Assembly: GCA_002245135.1 (NCBI GenBank) | Contig: NGBS01000598.1 | Span: forward strand, 119,703 to 139,702 | DNA from: Proteromonas lacertae | Lineage: Eukaryota | DNA length: 20,000 bases | Direction of reading: 5' to 3' | Part shown: piece by piece, positions 1 to 10,072 of the stretch | How the letters are laid out: each line of letters starts with the position of its first letter | Numbering within the stretch: position 1 is the first letter of the stretch | Notes under the pieces: generated by a model | Told to the model about the DNA's origin: nothing | The model's input: only the letters and a program-made list of their open reading frames with translations | Database searches by the model: none | Program-made: the position numbers and the translations under genes

Positions 1-413
1 AGGAAAATGAATTAAAACATTTAATACATGAATTGAAAATTAGAAATTATAGTATAATTTTAATTAGATATGGTAATCATACAAAAGATTCATTAATTAA
101 AACAACATTAAATAGTAAAGTGTTAATATATTTTTCATTTTATGATTGTTGGCCATCATCGTTAATGGAAATGCAAAACCTAGGTATATATCCTATAGTT
201 CAACAATGCGAATTTATTGATAATTATGGATTGTGTATTAAACATTTTCATTCTCATATAAATGAAATAGTTCATAAAGTTATGATTAGTTTATCATATT
301 ACTATAATACAATAAAAATATCAAACCATTATATATCTAGAAATAATTGTTTAAATGTATTTAAAAATACATTAAAGAATATTTATTATAGAAAAACTAG
401 AAATATTATATAA
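1..413 (+). CDS. 3' part of a probable GT-B fold (GT4-like) glycosyltransferase, 5'-truncated by the window edge
   Basis: Frame is open from nt 3 (ENELKHLIHELKIRN...), so the TTG at 33 is not the start. SKVLIYFSFYDCWPSSLMEMQNLGIYPIV resembles the GT-B C-terminal S-x2-E/D...E-x3-G-x-P-I nucleotide-sugar-binding motif. Stop TAA at 411-413. Confidence 0.5.
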   Translation, partial: ENELKHLIHELKIRNYSIILIRYGNHTKDSLIKTTLNSKVLIYFSFYDCWPSSLMEMQNLGIYPIVQQCEFIDNYGLCIKHFHSHINEIVHKVMISLSYYYNTIKISNHYISRNNCLNVFKNTLKNIYYRKTRNII

Positions 414-421
414 TTTGCTGA

Positions 422-1249
422 ATGATTAAATTACTACATACTATAATAATTTTAGTATTATTCTTCAACTGTTTAAATTATTATTCTAAAATATTTAAAA
501 TAATAATAATAACATTATATTTTCCTGTATTTAAACATCATCATACAGTTGATAAATATATATATTGGACAAAGCTTTTCTTAAATACAGTGAAATGCGA
601 TACATTTTTTTATACAAATCACATATTAAAGAATATTACTCCAAAATTAAGAAGAATACATGCTTTCTATTTTGATAATGTAACATCGATACCTATAATT
701 AAAAAATTAAACATAGAAAGCATGGTAAGAAGTAGATTACTTCAAATATATCACTCTAAAATAGCTTTAGTTTATTATATATCCACCAAATATAGAGCTA
801 ATATGTATTTTTTTAATGATATTAGTACATTTCACTTCAAAGAACTTGAAATAATCAACAAATATCCAAACACAAAATATTTAGAAAGAATATTTAGTAA
901 AACAACTACTCCAATTTTGTTTACTATTAATCATAACCGATATTCTCCATATTTTATACAAGGCGGATGTTTTGGAGGCAAAAAACAAGCAATCAAGTAT
1001 TTGTATGAAAGTTATTATAATTATTTAAAGAAATACTATCGTAAATATGATGATGTTAATGTCACTGAAGAATATTTATTGGATTCATTGATTTATAGTA
1101 TAAATGATTCTATATTAATTCCAAATAATCCAAATAAATGCAGAATATACAAAGGATCTAAGATTTGGTTTTATTATATTAATGTTATATCTGGTTATCC
1201 AAGTAAATGTGTAAAGAGTATAAAATTAAGCCATTTGAATGAGTATTGA
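422..1249 (+). CDS. HtrL/YibB (WlaTC)-like putative glycosyltransferase with N-terminal membrane anchor
   Basis: 275-aa intronless ORF with hydrophobic N-terminus. Motifs IITLYF...KYIYW...L...FFYT, YHSK, FFNDI, IQGGCFGG and TEE match my recollection of the HtrL/YibB family pattern. Confidence 0.65.
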   Translation: MIKLLHTIIILVLFFNCLNYYSKIFKIIIITLYFPVFKHHHTVDKYIYWTKLFLNTVKCDTFFYTNHILKNITPKLRRIHAFYFDNVTSIPIIKKLNIESMVRSRLLQIYHSKIALVYYISTKYRANMYFFNDISTFHFKELEIINKYPNTKYLERIFSKTTTPILFTINHNRYSPYFIQGGCFGGKKQAIKYLYESYYNYLKKYYRKYDDVNVTEEYLLDSLIYSINDSILIPNNPNKCRIYKGSKIWFYYINVISGYPSKCVKSIKLSHLNEY

Positions 1250-1256
1250 TTTAAGG

Positions 1257-2972
1257 TTAATAATATAAATGTAAGTTACATCCTCTATAAGGAAATTTCC
1301 AAGCTCTCAGAATTTTATTTTTATAAAGAATATATTGACAATTGTTCTTTCCTTTATATCTTTTCTTCTTTCCTTTCATAAATGGTTGAATAATTTCAAA
1401 AGTATGATTATATATATTCTTATAAAAATGATGTGTAAAATGATGTTCATCAGAATATACACATATATCTTTATAATTTAAATTACAACTATTATTCATG
1501 CAAAAAAGGTGGGATAAATCATTTACAACAATACCTTCACTATATTGTATTAGATTATTGTATATTGTTATATCTAAACCATTTTGTGCTATATAATTCT
1601 TCTGTTTATTACACGATATTCTATGTTTTAAAACTGGTGTAGGTAAAAAGTATAAAACATTGTTTGATTTTGACTTTAAATATTTTAAATAGTCATGAAT
1701 TTTTATAGGATAAAACTTTAGATATTCTTTATGTTTATTATCGTAAAATAAGTTCATATTAATTATAATATGAAAATAATCTGTAATATCATACAAATTA
1801 GAATTATTTCTAACAATAAACTCTGTATGAATATATTTGTAATATATAGTATAGTGATGCATTTTAAATATACTATAGTAATTACCCAATAAATTAAAAG
1901 AATGAGAATCTCCAACAACTAATACAGTATTTTCACTTACTTCTTTTATACTTTCATAACAACAATATTTCAATTTATTTATTTTATCTGGAAATGAAAT
2001 ACCTTTCTTCTCTATATATGTAATATCATTTGAAGAAAAATATAATAAACCATATAATTCAAATAGAAACAATAATATATGGAAGTATTTATATTTCAAT
2101 ATCCTTAACACAGGTTTAAAACCATATATGACATGTAGAGTTATGGAAAATATTAAAATATAAAATATCGATAATAAACTAAATGATTGAATTTTGATTA
2201 TAGGATAATGCACAAGATATAAATAATATGAAATAGTCCCTATTGTTTGTAACAGATAAAAATGGAAATTTGATTCTACATGTAAGTATAAATATGTAGC
2301 TAATACTATTATTATTTGATACAATTTTTCATCAATAAAATAGTTAGAGTATAATGGTATTGTTATAAATATTATTGTAGAAATATGTTTTTTATATTTT
2401 ATATTTATATTATTTAAAACAATTTTAGGAAATAAGTATTCCCATACTCTTGGAATTGATGAAAAATAATTATATGATATGAATGTGTTGAATGTATAGA
2501 GGAATACAATTAATGAAAATGATATACAAATAGATATAATTATTCTAGAATTGAATATATTTAATAAACAAAATAAATATAAATGCATTTCAACCGAAAT
2601 AAACCAATAATGTAGTAAAAGTGAATTAGATGGAGGATTGAAATAATCTGTACTACAATATATAAAATAGTAATTACAATATAATAGAATAGTTGATAAT
2701 ATTTCATTATAGAATTGATAGTATTGTTCTTCATATATGTCTCTATTATAAAATGAGAATATAATGAATAAACTTGTTATACATGGAAATAATAGTCTTA
2801 TATACCTTTTCCATAAATTCATAAATTGTTCATTTGCATTAGATAAATATCCTGAGATGGTGATAAATACAATTACAGCAACATATCCGTATTTCAAAAA
2901 ATTTCCATGATATAATATAATAATAATAATTGAATAACCCTTTAATATTAGAATATCATTTCTATTTTTCAT
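1257..2972 (-). CDS. OafA/OatA-type O-acetyltransferase (acyltransferase_3 membrane domain fused to SGNH domain)
   Basis: 571-aa ORF. N-terminal RNDI...YH, GYVAVIVFITISGY, RYIRLLFP, LLHYWFISVEMHLY, IGTISYYLYLVHYP (AT3 motifs). C-terminal GDSH and YSDEHH (SGNH catalytic Ser and DxxH). Confidence 0.9.
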   Translation of the reverse strand: MKNRNDILILKGYSIIIIILYHGNFLKYGYVAVIVFITISGYLSNANEQFMNLWKRYIRLLFPCITSLFIIFSFYNRDIYEEQYYQFYNEILSTILLYCNYYFIYCSTDYFNPPSNSLLLHYWFISVEMHLYLFCLLNIFNSRIIISICISFSLIVFLYTFNTFISYNYFSSIPRVWEYLFPKIVLNNINIKYKKHISTIIFITIPLYSNYFIDEKLYQIIIVLATYLYLHVESNFHFYLLQTIGTISYYLYLVHYPIIKIQSFSLLSIFYILIFSITLHVIYGFKPVLRILKYKYFHILLFLFELYGLLYFSSNDITYIEKKGISFPDKINKLKYCCYESIKEVSENTVLVVGDSHSFNLLGNYYSIFKMHHYTIYYKYIHTEFIVRNNSNLYDITDYFHIIINMNLFYDNKHKEYLKFYPIKIHDYLKYLKSKSNNVLYFLPTPVLKHRISCNKQKNYIAQNGLDITIYNNLIQYSEGIVVNDLSHLFCMNNSCNLNYKDICVYSDEHHFTHHFYKNIYNHTFEIIQPFMKGKKKRYKGKNNCQYILYKNKILRAWKFPYRGCNLHLYY

Positions 2973-2978
2973 ATTAAA

Positions 2979-4340
2979 ATGTGCTGTTGTAAACTCTCTT
3001 TTTATATATTACCAGTAATAACAACTTTAATATACATTAATGAAAATAATTTAGATCTATATTATTATAAATATTATAGAAAATGTTTATCAACCAAATC
3101 ATATTGCAAAGAAAATAATGTACTTAAAGATAATAAGTATGGAAAAGATTTATGGATGTACTTTTTGAAAGAATCTAATCATCATATGAATATATGTTGC
3201 TTTATTAAAAATATGAATTTGTTTTTCTATAACAAATCATTCTATTTCCATAGAATATATTCTAAATCTCAAAATATATGTGGGATATCTGTTGGAGGAG
3301 TATTTCCAGATAAATCATATTTTAGATTAGCTCCAACGAAAAAGAAAGATTATAAAAATGTTTTATCACATACATATGAAGTTCAGAATTATATATATAA
3401 ATATCAACATCCATATAACTGCGATAATAAAAAATATCTCATTATAAAAGGATATAAATCAGGCCACGGATCAGAAATACACGTAATCACATCATATTTA
3501 GCTTTAGCTATGACACTAAATAGAATTGCCATATTTGATCCTTACTATAAATCTATGAAAGCTTCAGGTGTATATTGTAAAAATGAAAGAAATTGGCTAT
3601 GTTTTTTAGAGCAGTTAACTAATTGTTCATTGTCATATTTGTCTTACAGAAATAGCATAAAATATGTAAATGAAATCCAGAAACACAAATATCTCTATGT
3701 AGAAGATACAGCAAAGTATAGATCTCTTATACCTAAATCTGTGATGAATATAATTAACAATATAATTATTAATAGAAATAAACAATTACACTACTGGAGA
3801 ATTCAAGCAGCAACATATATTTTTCGATTAAATAAGAGAACATACAATGAAGTGAATAAAATTATATATAAATCATTAAAAACTAATTTAAATAACGGTT
3901 GCTTTAATATATGGATAAGACATGGAGATAAATATAAAGAAATGAAATTATTAAAACCTGAAGATTATATTCCTTCATATGAAATATACAAATTAATATT
4001 CAATAAAAAAATTCCAATATATTTGTCCACAGATGATCCTACTGTTATTGATTATTATGTAAAATATAAAAAAACAAATGTATATTATTTAAATTTTACA
4101 AGAAATAATGATAATTTTGTAAGCAATATGCAGAAAGGTTCAGAAATGACATTAAATTTCATTTCTGATATAAAAGCTTCACTATTATGCTATGGATTTA
4201 GTGGCACAAGACAAAGCAATGTAGTAAGATTAATTGATGAATTAAGATCTACAATAGGGTTTTCTGCTAATGCTTTATATTTTGAAAATGGTTTAATTCA
4301 TATTCTAAATAATTCTTATGAAATTGATGAGTTCTGGTAG
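2979..4340 (+). CDS. alpha-1,6-fucosyltransferase-like protein (GT23, FUT8/NodZ-like)
   Basis: 453-aa ORF with short N-terminal hydrophobic segment. Motifs SGHGSEIH, IWIRHGDKYKE, IYLSTDD and GTRQSNVVRLIDELR correspond to the conserved FUT8/GT23 motifs. Confidence 0.85.
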   Translation: MCCCKLSFYILPVITTLIYINENNLDLYYYKYYRKCLSTKSYCKENNVLKDNKYGKDLWMYFLKESNHHMNICCFIKNMNLFFYNKSFYFHRIYSKSQNICGISVGGVFPDKSYFRLAPTKKKDYKNVLSHTYEVQNYIYKYQHPYNCDNKKYLIIKGYKSGHGSEIHVITSYLALAMTLNRIAIFDPYYKSMKASGVYCKNERNWLCFLEQLTNCSLSYLSYRNSIKYVNEIQKHKYLYVEDTAKYRSLIPKSVMNIINNIIINRNKQLHYWRIQAATYIFRLNKRTYNEVNKIIYKSLKTNLNNGCFNIWIRHGDKYKEMKLLKPEDYIPSYEIYKLIFNKKIPIYLSTDDPTVIDYYVKYKKTNVYYLNFTRNNDNFVSNMQKGSEMTLNFISDIKASLLCYGFSGTRQSNVVRLIDELRSTIGFSANALYFENGLIHILNNSYEIDEFW

Positions 4341-4413
4341 CTTAATCTGATAGAAGGTTTTAATTGATAAGTAAATTATTATAATCCAGTCATATCTGTG
4401 ATTTATAAAGATT

Positions 4414-6061
4414 CTGGGTTCGGCAGGTACAGGGACGGAACAGCACAGGAACAGCACAAATCACGAAAGTGACGTGTTTTTCCTAACTAAAAGAGTAAAT
4501 ATGATTTTCATTAATTTATTTTTTATATTTTAGAAAAGTAAATAAGTCAGAAGTAGAGAAATAAACTATAAACATCATAAGAAATAATAATATTTTATGA
4601 GTAATGACTATTTCAACTTCAGACTCTTCTCCTTCACTTGATTCACTCTCTTCATTGTTATAAACCTTATGTTTCTTAAAATAAAATAATTCATCTGCTA
4701 AATTAATATCGCTAATCCGCTAAAATTATCTAATATATATTTTATAATTGTATTACTTTTTTTCTTCACCAAGACTGTTTTGTATTTGTAGAAACTGAAA
4801 TACCAATATCATTTCTTAAATCACATGAACCATAACATCTTTTATAATTTTTTTATTTGCTCTTTGTCAGATGACATATTAAGTAGTAATTCCTATTTAA
4901 TTTTCTTAATTATTAAATAACTATCATTCAAATTTGCATCATCTCTGCTTGTATATTCGAGGAAAGATAAGTAGTAATTTTTTTCAATTTCTTCAACTTC
5001 TGTAATATGTTTATCATCAATTAATTCTTTATTCTTTAGAATTTCTTTATTGGAATTCTTTATTCTCCATCTTTTGGAGAAACCCTTTCTTATTCTAGGA
5101 ATATTTTCATCTTTAAACTTATTTTTAATACTTCTACAATTGTTTAGTTGGTATTCTTTTACTTACGATATTAAAAATATGTGCTAAATATGCTTCGTTT
5201 TTGTTTCTACTAGTTGTGACAGCTTTCTCATCGTAGGTCTATTATCTGATACTATACTATAAACTTTGCCTAATGGAATTCCATATTTAGATAATGTTCT
5301 TTGTATAACATTTACTAGATTTTCTGCAATTTCGCTTTCATCTATAATAACACTTTCTAAAAAACACTAAATTTTTCTGTTTTATTATTAAATTTACTAC
5401 ATCTTAATAATTGGTGTTTTTTCGCCCATCTATTAACAATGACACCTTATAATTTTTAAATATCCAACTCTAACTAACTTTACACCTTCAGAGTTAATCA
5501 TATCTATAACTATTTTTTACTGATGGAATTCTGAAGTTGTATGAAAATAAAAAAATGCAGCTTGATTAAAACAAGCCCTAAATGATTTTAGATTTTGAAT
5601 TTTGAGTGCTATAGTAGGAAAATTTGTTTTAGAGTATAATTTGATCAAAGAAAATCGATATATTAGAGTTACTAACTAAATAATTTAACTTGAGAATAAG
5701 TAATTATGAATATTAATAAATAAGCATATCATTGTAACTAAAAATAGTAGTAAATAGTTCAATATTATCAGGCTATATAAATGTAATAAGTAAAATGAAA
5801 TATAAGATATATTTTTTTCAATTGTAAAGAAGAACACGGATATAGTGCGTTATATTTGAGCATTTGCTTATTGAATGATATTATAAAATAATAGCAACAA
5901 AAAATCAACAGCTTAAAACAAAAAATATAGAGACAAAAAAACACGCATAAATAATACCGTGCTTTATGAAATGGACACATAGAATTACTGAGGAGTTTTG
6001 GTGAGTGAAAGGCACAACGAAAGGCACAAAACACGAAAGTGACGTGTTTTTCCGAACCCAG
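4414..6061 (-). mobile_element. Complete, non-autonomous (decayed) hAT DNA transposon, 1648 bp
   Basis: Perfect 10-bp TIRs CTGGGTTCGG (4414-4423) and CCGAACCCAG (6052-6061). Perfect 8-bp target-site duplication TAAAGATT (4406-4413 and 6062-6069). Internal transposase remnants on the minus strand. Confidence 0.92.
4590..5640 (-). pseudogene. hAT transposase pseudogene (stops, frameshifts, internal deletions); boundaries approximate
   Basis: Minus-strand fragments VSLLIDGRKN, VVNLIIKQKN..FLESVII, EIAENLVNVIQRTLSKYGIPLGKVYSIVSDNRPTM and YLAHIFNIVSKRI are collinear with TIILDEWKN / IINIAVKQ / VVTDNNPTM / CLAHVVNLITKKI of the transposase at 18081+. Acidic tail at about 4600-4660. Probable 27-nt intron at 4730-4756. 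Confidence 0.85.
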
Positions 6062-6224
6062 TAAAGATTAATTATCTCTTTTCAAGGCTATTGAGAAATC
6101 CAGAACTAACTGGTGTTTTACGATTTCATAAAAAGCCTTTTCAAGTTCTTTGGCATTTCCAAAATACTCTAGAACATGTATGTATTCATCATCTCGATAT
6201 ATCCAACTTTATTATTCACACTTT

Positions 6225-6335
6225 TTAGGATATTTTTGTTCTGTTATAGAGTGACAAATGATTATCATCAATATATACAACTGTTTTATTATAAACTAAA
6301 AAACATTTATCTTTCATTATTGTATCACATATGTT
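6225..6335 (-). pseudogene. Relic C-terminus of a third acyltransferase_3-SGNH gene
   Basis: Minus strand reads NICDTIMKDKCFLVYNKTVVYIDDNHLSLY, matching C...C...VYxDxxH in the two paralogues (VYSDEHHFT; VYIDRHHLN). It is cut at its upstream end by the foldback element. Confidence 0.55.
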
Positions 6336-6940
6336 GTGCGCCGTTTGTCATAGTTGGCCGTTTGTCTACCAGACACTTTTAAAACAAACTAAATGTATAT
6401 TCTTACTTGTCTTGATGAAAAATCGTTACTTTTATACTTATTTTGTTATATGACCTACCTCTGCTGTATACTTTTTTGATAATATAAATAGTTTGAATAT
6501 TTGCGCCATTTGTTTTCTAGAAATTTTTGATACAAACTAAATGCATATTTAGCTAATGCAGACTAAAATACATTAGCTGAAATGATTAGAATATAATAAT
6601 TATTAAATCTTTCTATATAAAAAAGAAATGTAGAATATAGGTTTGAGTGAGGCTTGATTCTATATTTTCTTTTTTCATTTTAAATGTATTATGATCAACA
6701 TTAAGTTAGTCTATATTAGCTAAATATGCATTTAGTTTGTTTCAAAAATTTCTAGAAAACAAATGGCGCAAATATTCAAACTATTTATATTATCAAAAAA
6801 GTATACAGCAGAGGTAGGTCATATAACAAAATAAGTATAAAAGTAACGATTTTTCATCAAGACAAGTAAGAATATACATTTAGTTTGTTTTAAAAGTGTC
6901 TGGTAAACAAACGGCCAACTATGACAAACGGAGTACAACA
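6332..6940. mobile_element. Foldback / MITE-like element with 235-bp inverted arms (Tc1/mariner-like ends)
   Basis: Arms 6332-6566 and 6706-6940 are ungapped reverse complements with about 6 mismatches by eye, around a 139-nt spacer. The right end reads ...ACAAACGGAG-TA, with TA at 6934-6935 as candidate TSD; the left counterpart is TG at 6337-6338. No credible coding capacity. Confidence 0.75.
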
Positions 6941-7351
6941 ATACCAACAGTGACAGTAATTCCAACACGATCGTGATCAACAACACTATCAAGGAGCTGG
7001 AGATAACTATATAGTCCACTAAACAAGAGACCTCTGACACCAACAAGGTGAAGCTTAAGGTAACAATAACCTTATACAACTTCTACTTCTACTTGAAGTT
7101 TAACAAGAATCCAGAATTCAATGACCACACGATCAAGTGCTGCCTTAACAAGACAATTGATTTCAATGAGATTTACCTTAAATAGTAGTCTCGGTAAGTT
7201 CATCAAGTTCAGATGGCTTATCAATGACTTCCAATACAATCCAGACTTTGTTAACCTCAAGGATTATGATAACCACCACATGATAAAGCCTTTGCTAGCC
7301 TGTAGCTGGCATGATAAGGCTCTTATTAGTCTCAATGATGTAATTGATTGA
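6934..7351 (+). pseudogene. Degenerate coding relic of unknown family with distinct C/G-ending codon usage
   Basis: Reads YNNTNSDSNSNTIVINNTIKELEITI*STKQETSDTNKVKLKVTITLYNFYFYLKFNKNPEFNDHTIKCCLNKTIDFNEIYLK*, rich in AAC/ATC/AAG/TAC codons unlike the neighbouring genes. Contains internal stops and a frame switch. Confidence 0.4.
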
Positions 7352-7392
7352 AATGTATAAGGAACACTTACAATGATGTTATTATTATCAGT

Positions 7393-7472
7393 ACTATTCA
7401 TAGACTATTAAACCCAATATAAAATCGATGATAATCAGTAATGCCTTAGGAAGTTAAGTACTAGGAATTAAG
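7393..7472 (+). repeat. 80-bp repeat, copy 1 (perfect reverse complement of 12971-13050)
   Basis: ACTATTCATAGACTATTAAACCC...AGTACTAGGAATTAAG matched base by base to the reverse complement of 12971-13050. Confidence 0.95.
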
Positions 7473-7507
7473 CCTATGGATAAAAACATATGATTTATTA
7501 TATTCCT

Positions 7508-9271
7508 TAATCACCTCTTGTCATGCAATCTCTTTTCTTCCATCTATTATTACAACAAATCATAAAATCATAATATTTGCTTTTTTCCAATAAAGAACAC
7601 TTCCTTTGTTTTGTTATTTTTTCTTAAATATTCTTATAAAATAAGGGTATAATAGTATTACAAAATCAGGATTTAAATGGTGTCTATCAATATAAACAAC
7701 TTTCCCATCTTTAATAAATGGATATACATTTCTATTGCATTTATACATATTTTACTCATTTTATTTACACAAAATTTTACACTGTTTATATTATTAATGA
7801 ATCCTGTATTTTGAATCACAAATATATCTTTAGAAAAATTATGTAATAATTTCAAATAATCTACAATTTTTATAGAAAACATTGTATAATTTATCATATA
7901 TGGATAGTAACTCAAATAATTTGAGGTAAAAATGATATGTATATCTCCTATAGATTTGAGTATATCAAATATCTGTTGATAATTTCCCTTTTCTATATAC
8001 CTTGCCCAATAGTATATGTGAAACACAGGATATCCATTATTTAAAGCTAGCTTTTTAATAACGGGAAACCATTGCTGTATATGACAATCTCCTAACAGAA
8101 CGTACTTTTTAATTTTAATAAAAAGTTTTGATAATGTATTTAACTGGCATATTATTAAATTCTTTTGCATTAACATGAAGTGATTATGACCATAACTTTT
8201 CATTCTAGAATAATCATACTTTTCTATTTTGCTTTTGATAATGAAATTTATTAAATATCCAATCAACATGATGGTTGATATGAAATAAGTACTGAATGTA
8301 TATTTTGATGATATATTTATATGGGAATATTTTGATTCTACAAATTTATAGGATAAATGACTAATAGTACATATTGTTAAAACCTTTAATAGAAAATGAA
8401 GATTAACAAATAGCTGTAGAAATGTAAAATGAAATACATATAGACTATATGACATTTTTCCAATATATGCAATAAAACTATTGGTAAGTATTTTATTATT
8501 TTGATTTGTATTAAATATAATAATACATGTCATTATAACAGGAATTAATGTAAAATAGTTAGGATAGGAATATAATGTACTATTATAATAAATTGAAAAT
8601 ATAATGATAGTTGTAACAGGTGTATAAGTAGATAGTTTAGTTTTGAAGAAGTAATTAATATTATTATCTATAATATATATAAATGATCCAAATCCAATTT
8701 CCCAATATCGAGTTTCTAACGAAAAATATGAATATGATGTATCATAATCACATAATCTAAGACATCTGATAAAAGAAATAATGGTTAATACAATAATTAA
8801 GTTAGAATAGTAATTATTAAATATATTTAATAAAATAGGCCATATAAAATAATATTGTTGTTGTAAAGATAATGTCCAAAAATGTAGTAATAATGATGGA
8901 TTTTCTTCTTGTGATAAATAATCTACTGACTTTTTATAGAATCTGTAATTGACTGATCCAATAGCAGAGTATAATATATCATACACAAATTCTTTTTCAA
9001 TATTTACATTATATATAATTACTAAAAATATCCACAATAAATAACAAACAGGTATTAATCTTTTAATTCTATTACAGTAAAATTGTGAGTATGAAAATAT
9101 TCCTGATTTATATGATTCTATTGTACTTTTGGTTATAAAGTATCCTGTTATCGTAAAGAATATATCAACTCCTATTAATCCACCAGGAATGAATGATACT
9201 TTATAATGATATAAAAATATAACAATAAAAGCAATTCCTCCTAATCCTGTAACATCTCTTCTATTAATCAT
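7508..9271 (-). pseudogene. Second OafA/OatA-type acyltransferase_3-SGNH gene, 3' end frameshifted (called ORF 7673-9271); 3' boundary inferred
   Basis: AT3 motifs GGLIGVDIFFTITGYFIT, FYCNRIKRLIP, LLHFWTLSLQQQYYFIWP, YIGKMSYSLYVFH. The SGNH block I reads GDCH. The catalytic DGKVVYIDRHHLN lies in a different frame after about 7750, and a further shift near 7620 would give a Cys/Trp tail ending at TAA about 7508. Confidence 0.8.
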
Positions 9272-10072
9272 AACAACGGATGAAGGTTTGACGTAAATAT
9301 AATAATGAGGATTACGAAGAATTTCAGATCATCATAAGATGAACTGACTCCTTGAAGTGTATAGAATTGGACTGACTCCTAGAACTTACTCCCATTAATG
9401 CAAACTGACTACGTGATTCCTACGGGATATTCTTGAGGAGTAAGGAACTATCAGTAATTGCGATAGCTTTGACATGAGAGTATACAAGATTGTTTTGACC
9501 AAGTATTAGAAGCACAAGAAATTTGAAACTAAAAGAAATGTCAATTCATAACCATTAAATCTATAATGACAAGATGCAATGCACATTACCAATGTATAGT
9601 TGTTAAATTATGTGTTTCAACAGTTCCTCTATCTTACCTCCTTCTGGAATGATTATATTATGCAGTTGCTGATATTACTATCTCCATCCTTGGATTGTCC
9701 AAGAAGCAATTCAAGACCCTTACAATACCTTCCACAGCTTCATTGCTGTACTAGGTAGATGGCGCAGTTGCAGACTCCAGGAGTGTCTGAAGATCAACTA
9801 AGTTCAATTCTATCTCCCAGTCAGAGTATACTTGGATTAGTCTAGAAAGGGTCTAACCCCTAGAAAACTCGTTAGGACATTGCGACATGTGGATAAAGTC
9901 CCTTATATATACTATATATGCAGTATCATTAACAAGAAACAAATATGAAAAAGTATAGTTGAAATAAAAGTATTTATCTTACAATTAGAAGAGATTTTAC
10001 ATGAGTAATATCATCTTCACTTCAGCTGCATTTAAATATTAATGAAAAAATAATAACTATTAGTTTTTATAT

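Noticed and set aside
5768..7351. Short ORFs 5768-6034, 6176-6382, 6819-7079, 7072-7260 and 7121-7351 as genes
   Set aside because: They overlap transposon ends, the palindrome or relic sequence and show no recognisable motifs.
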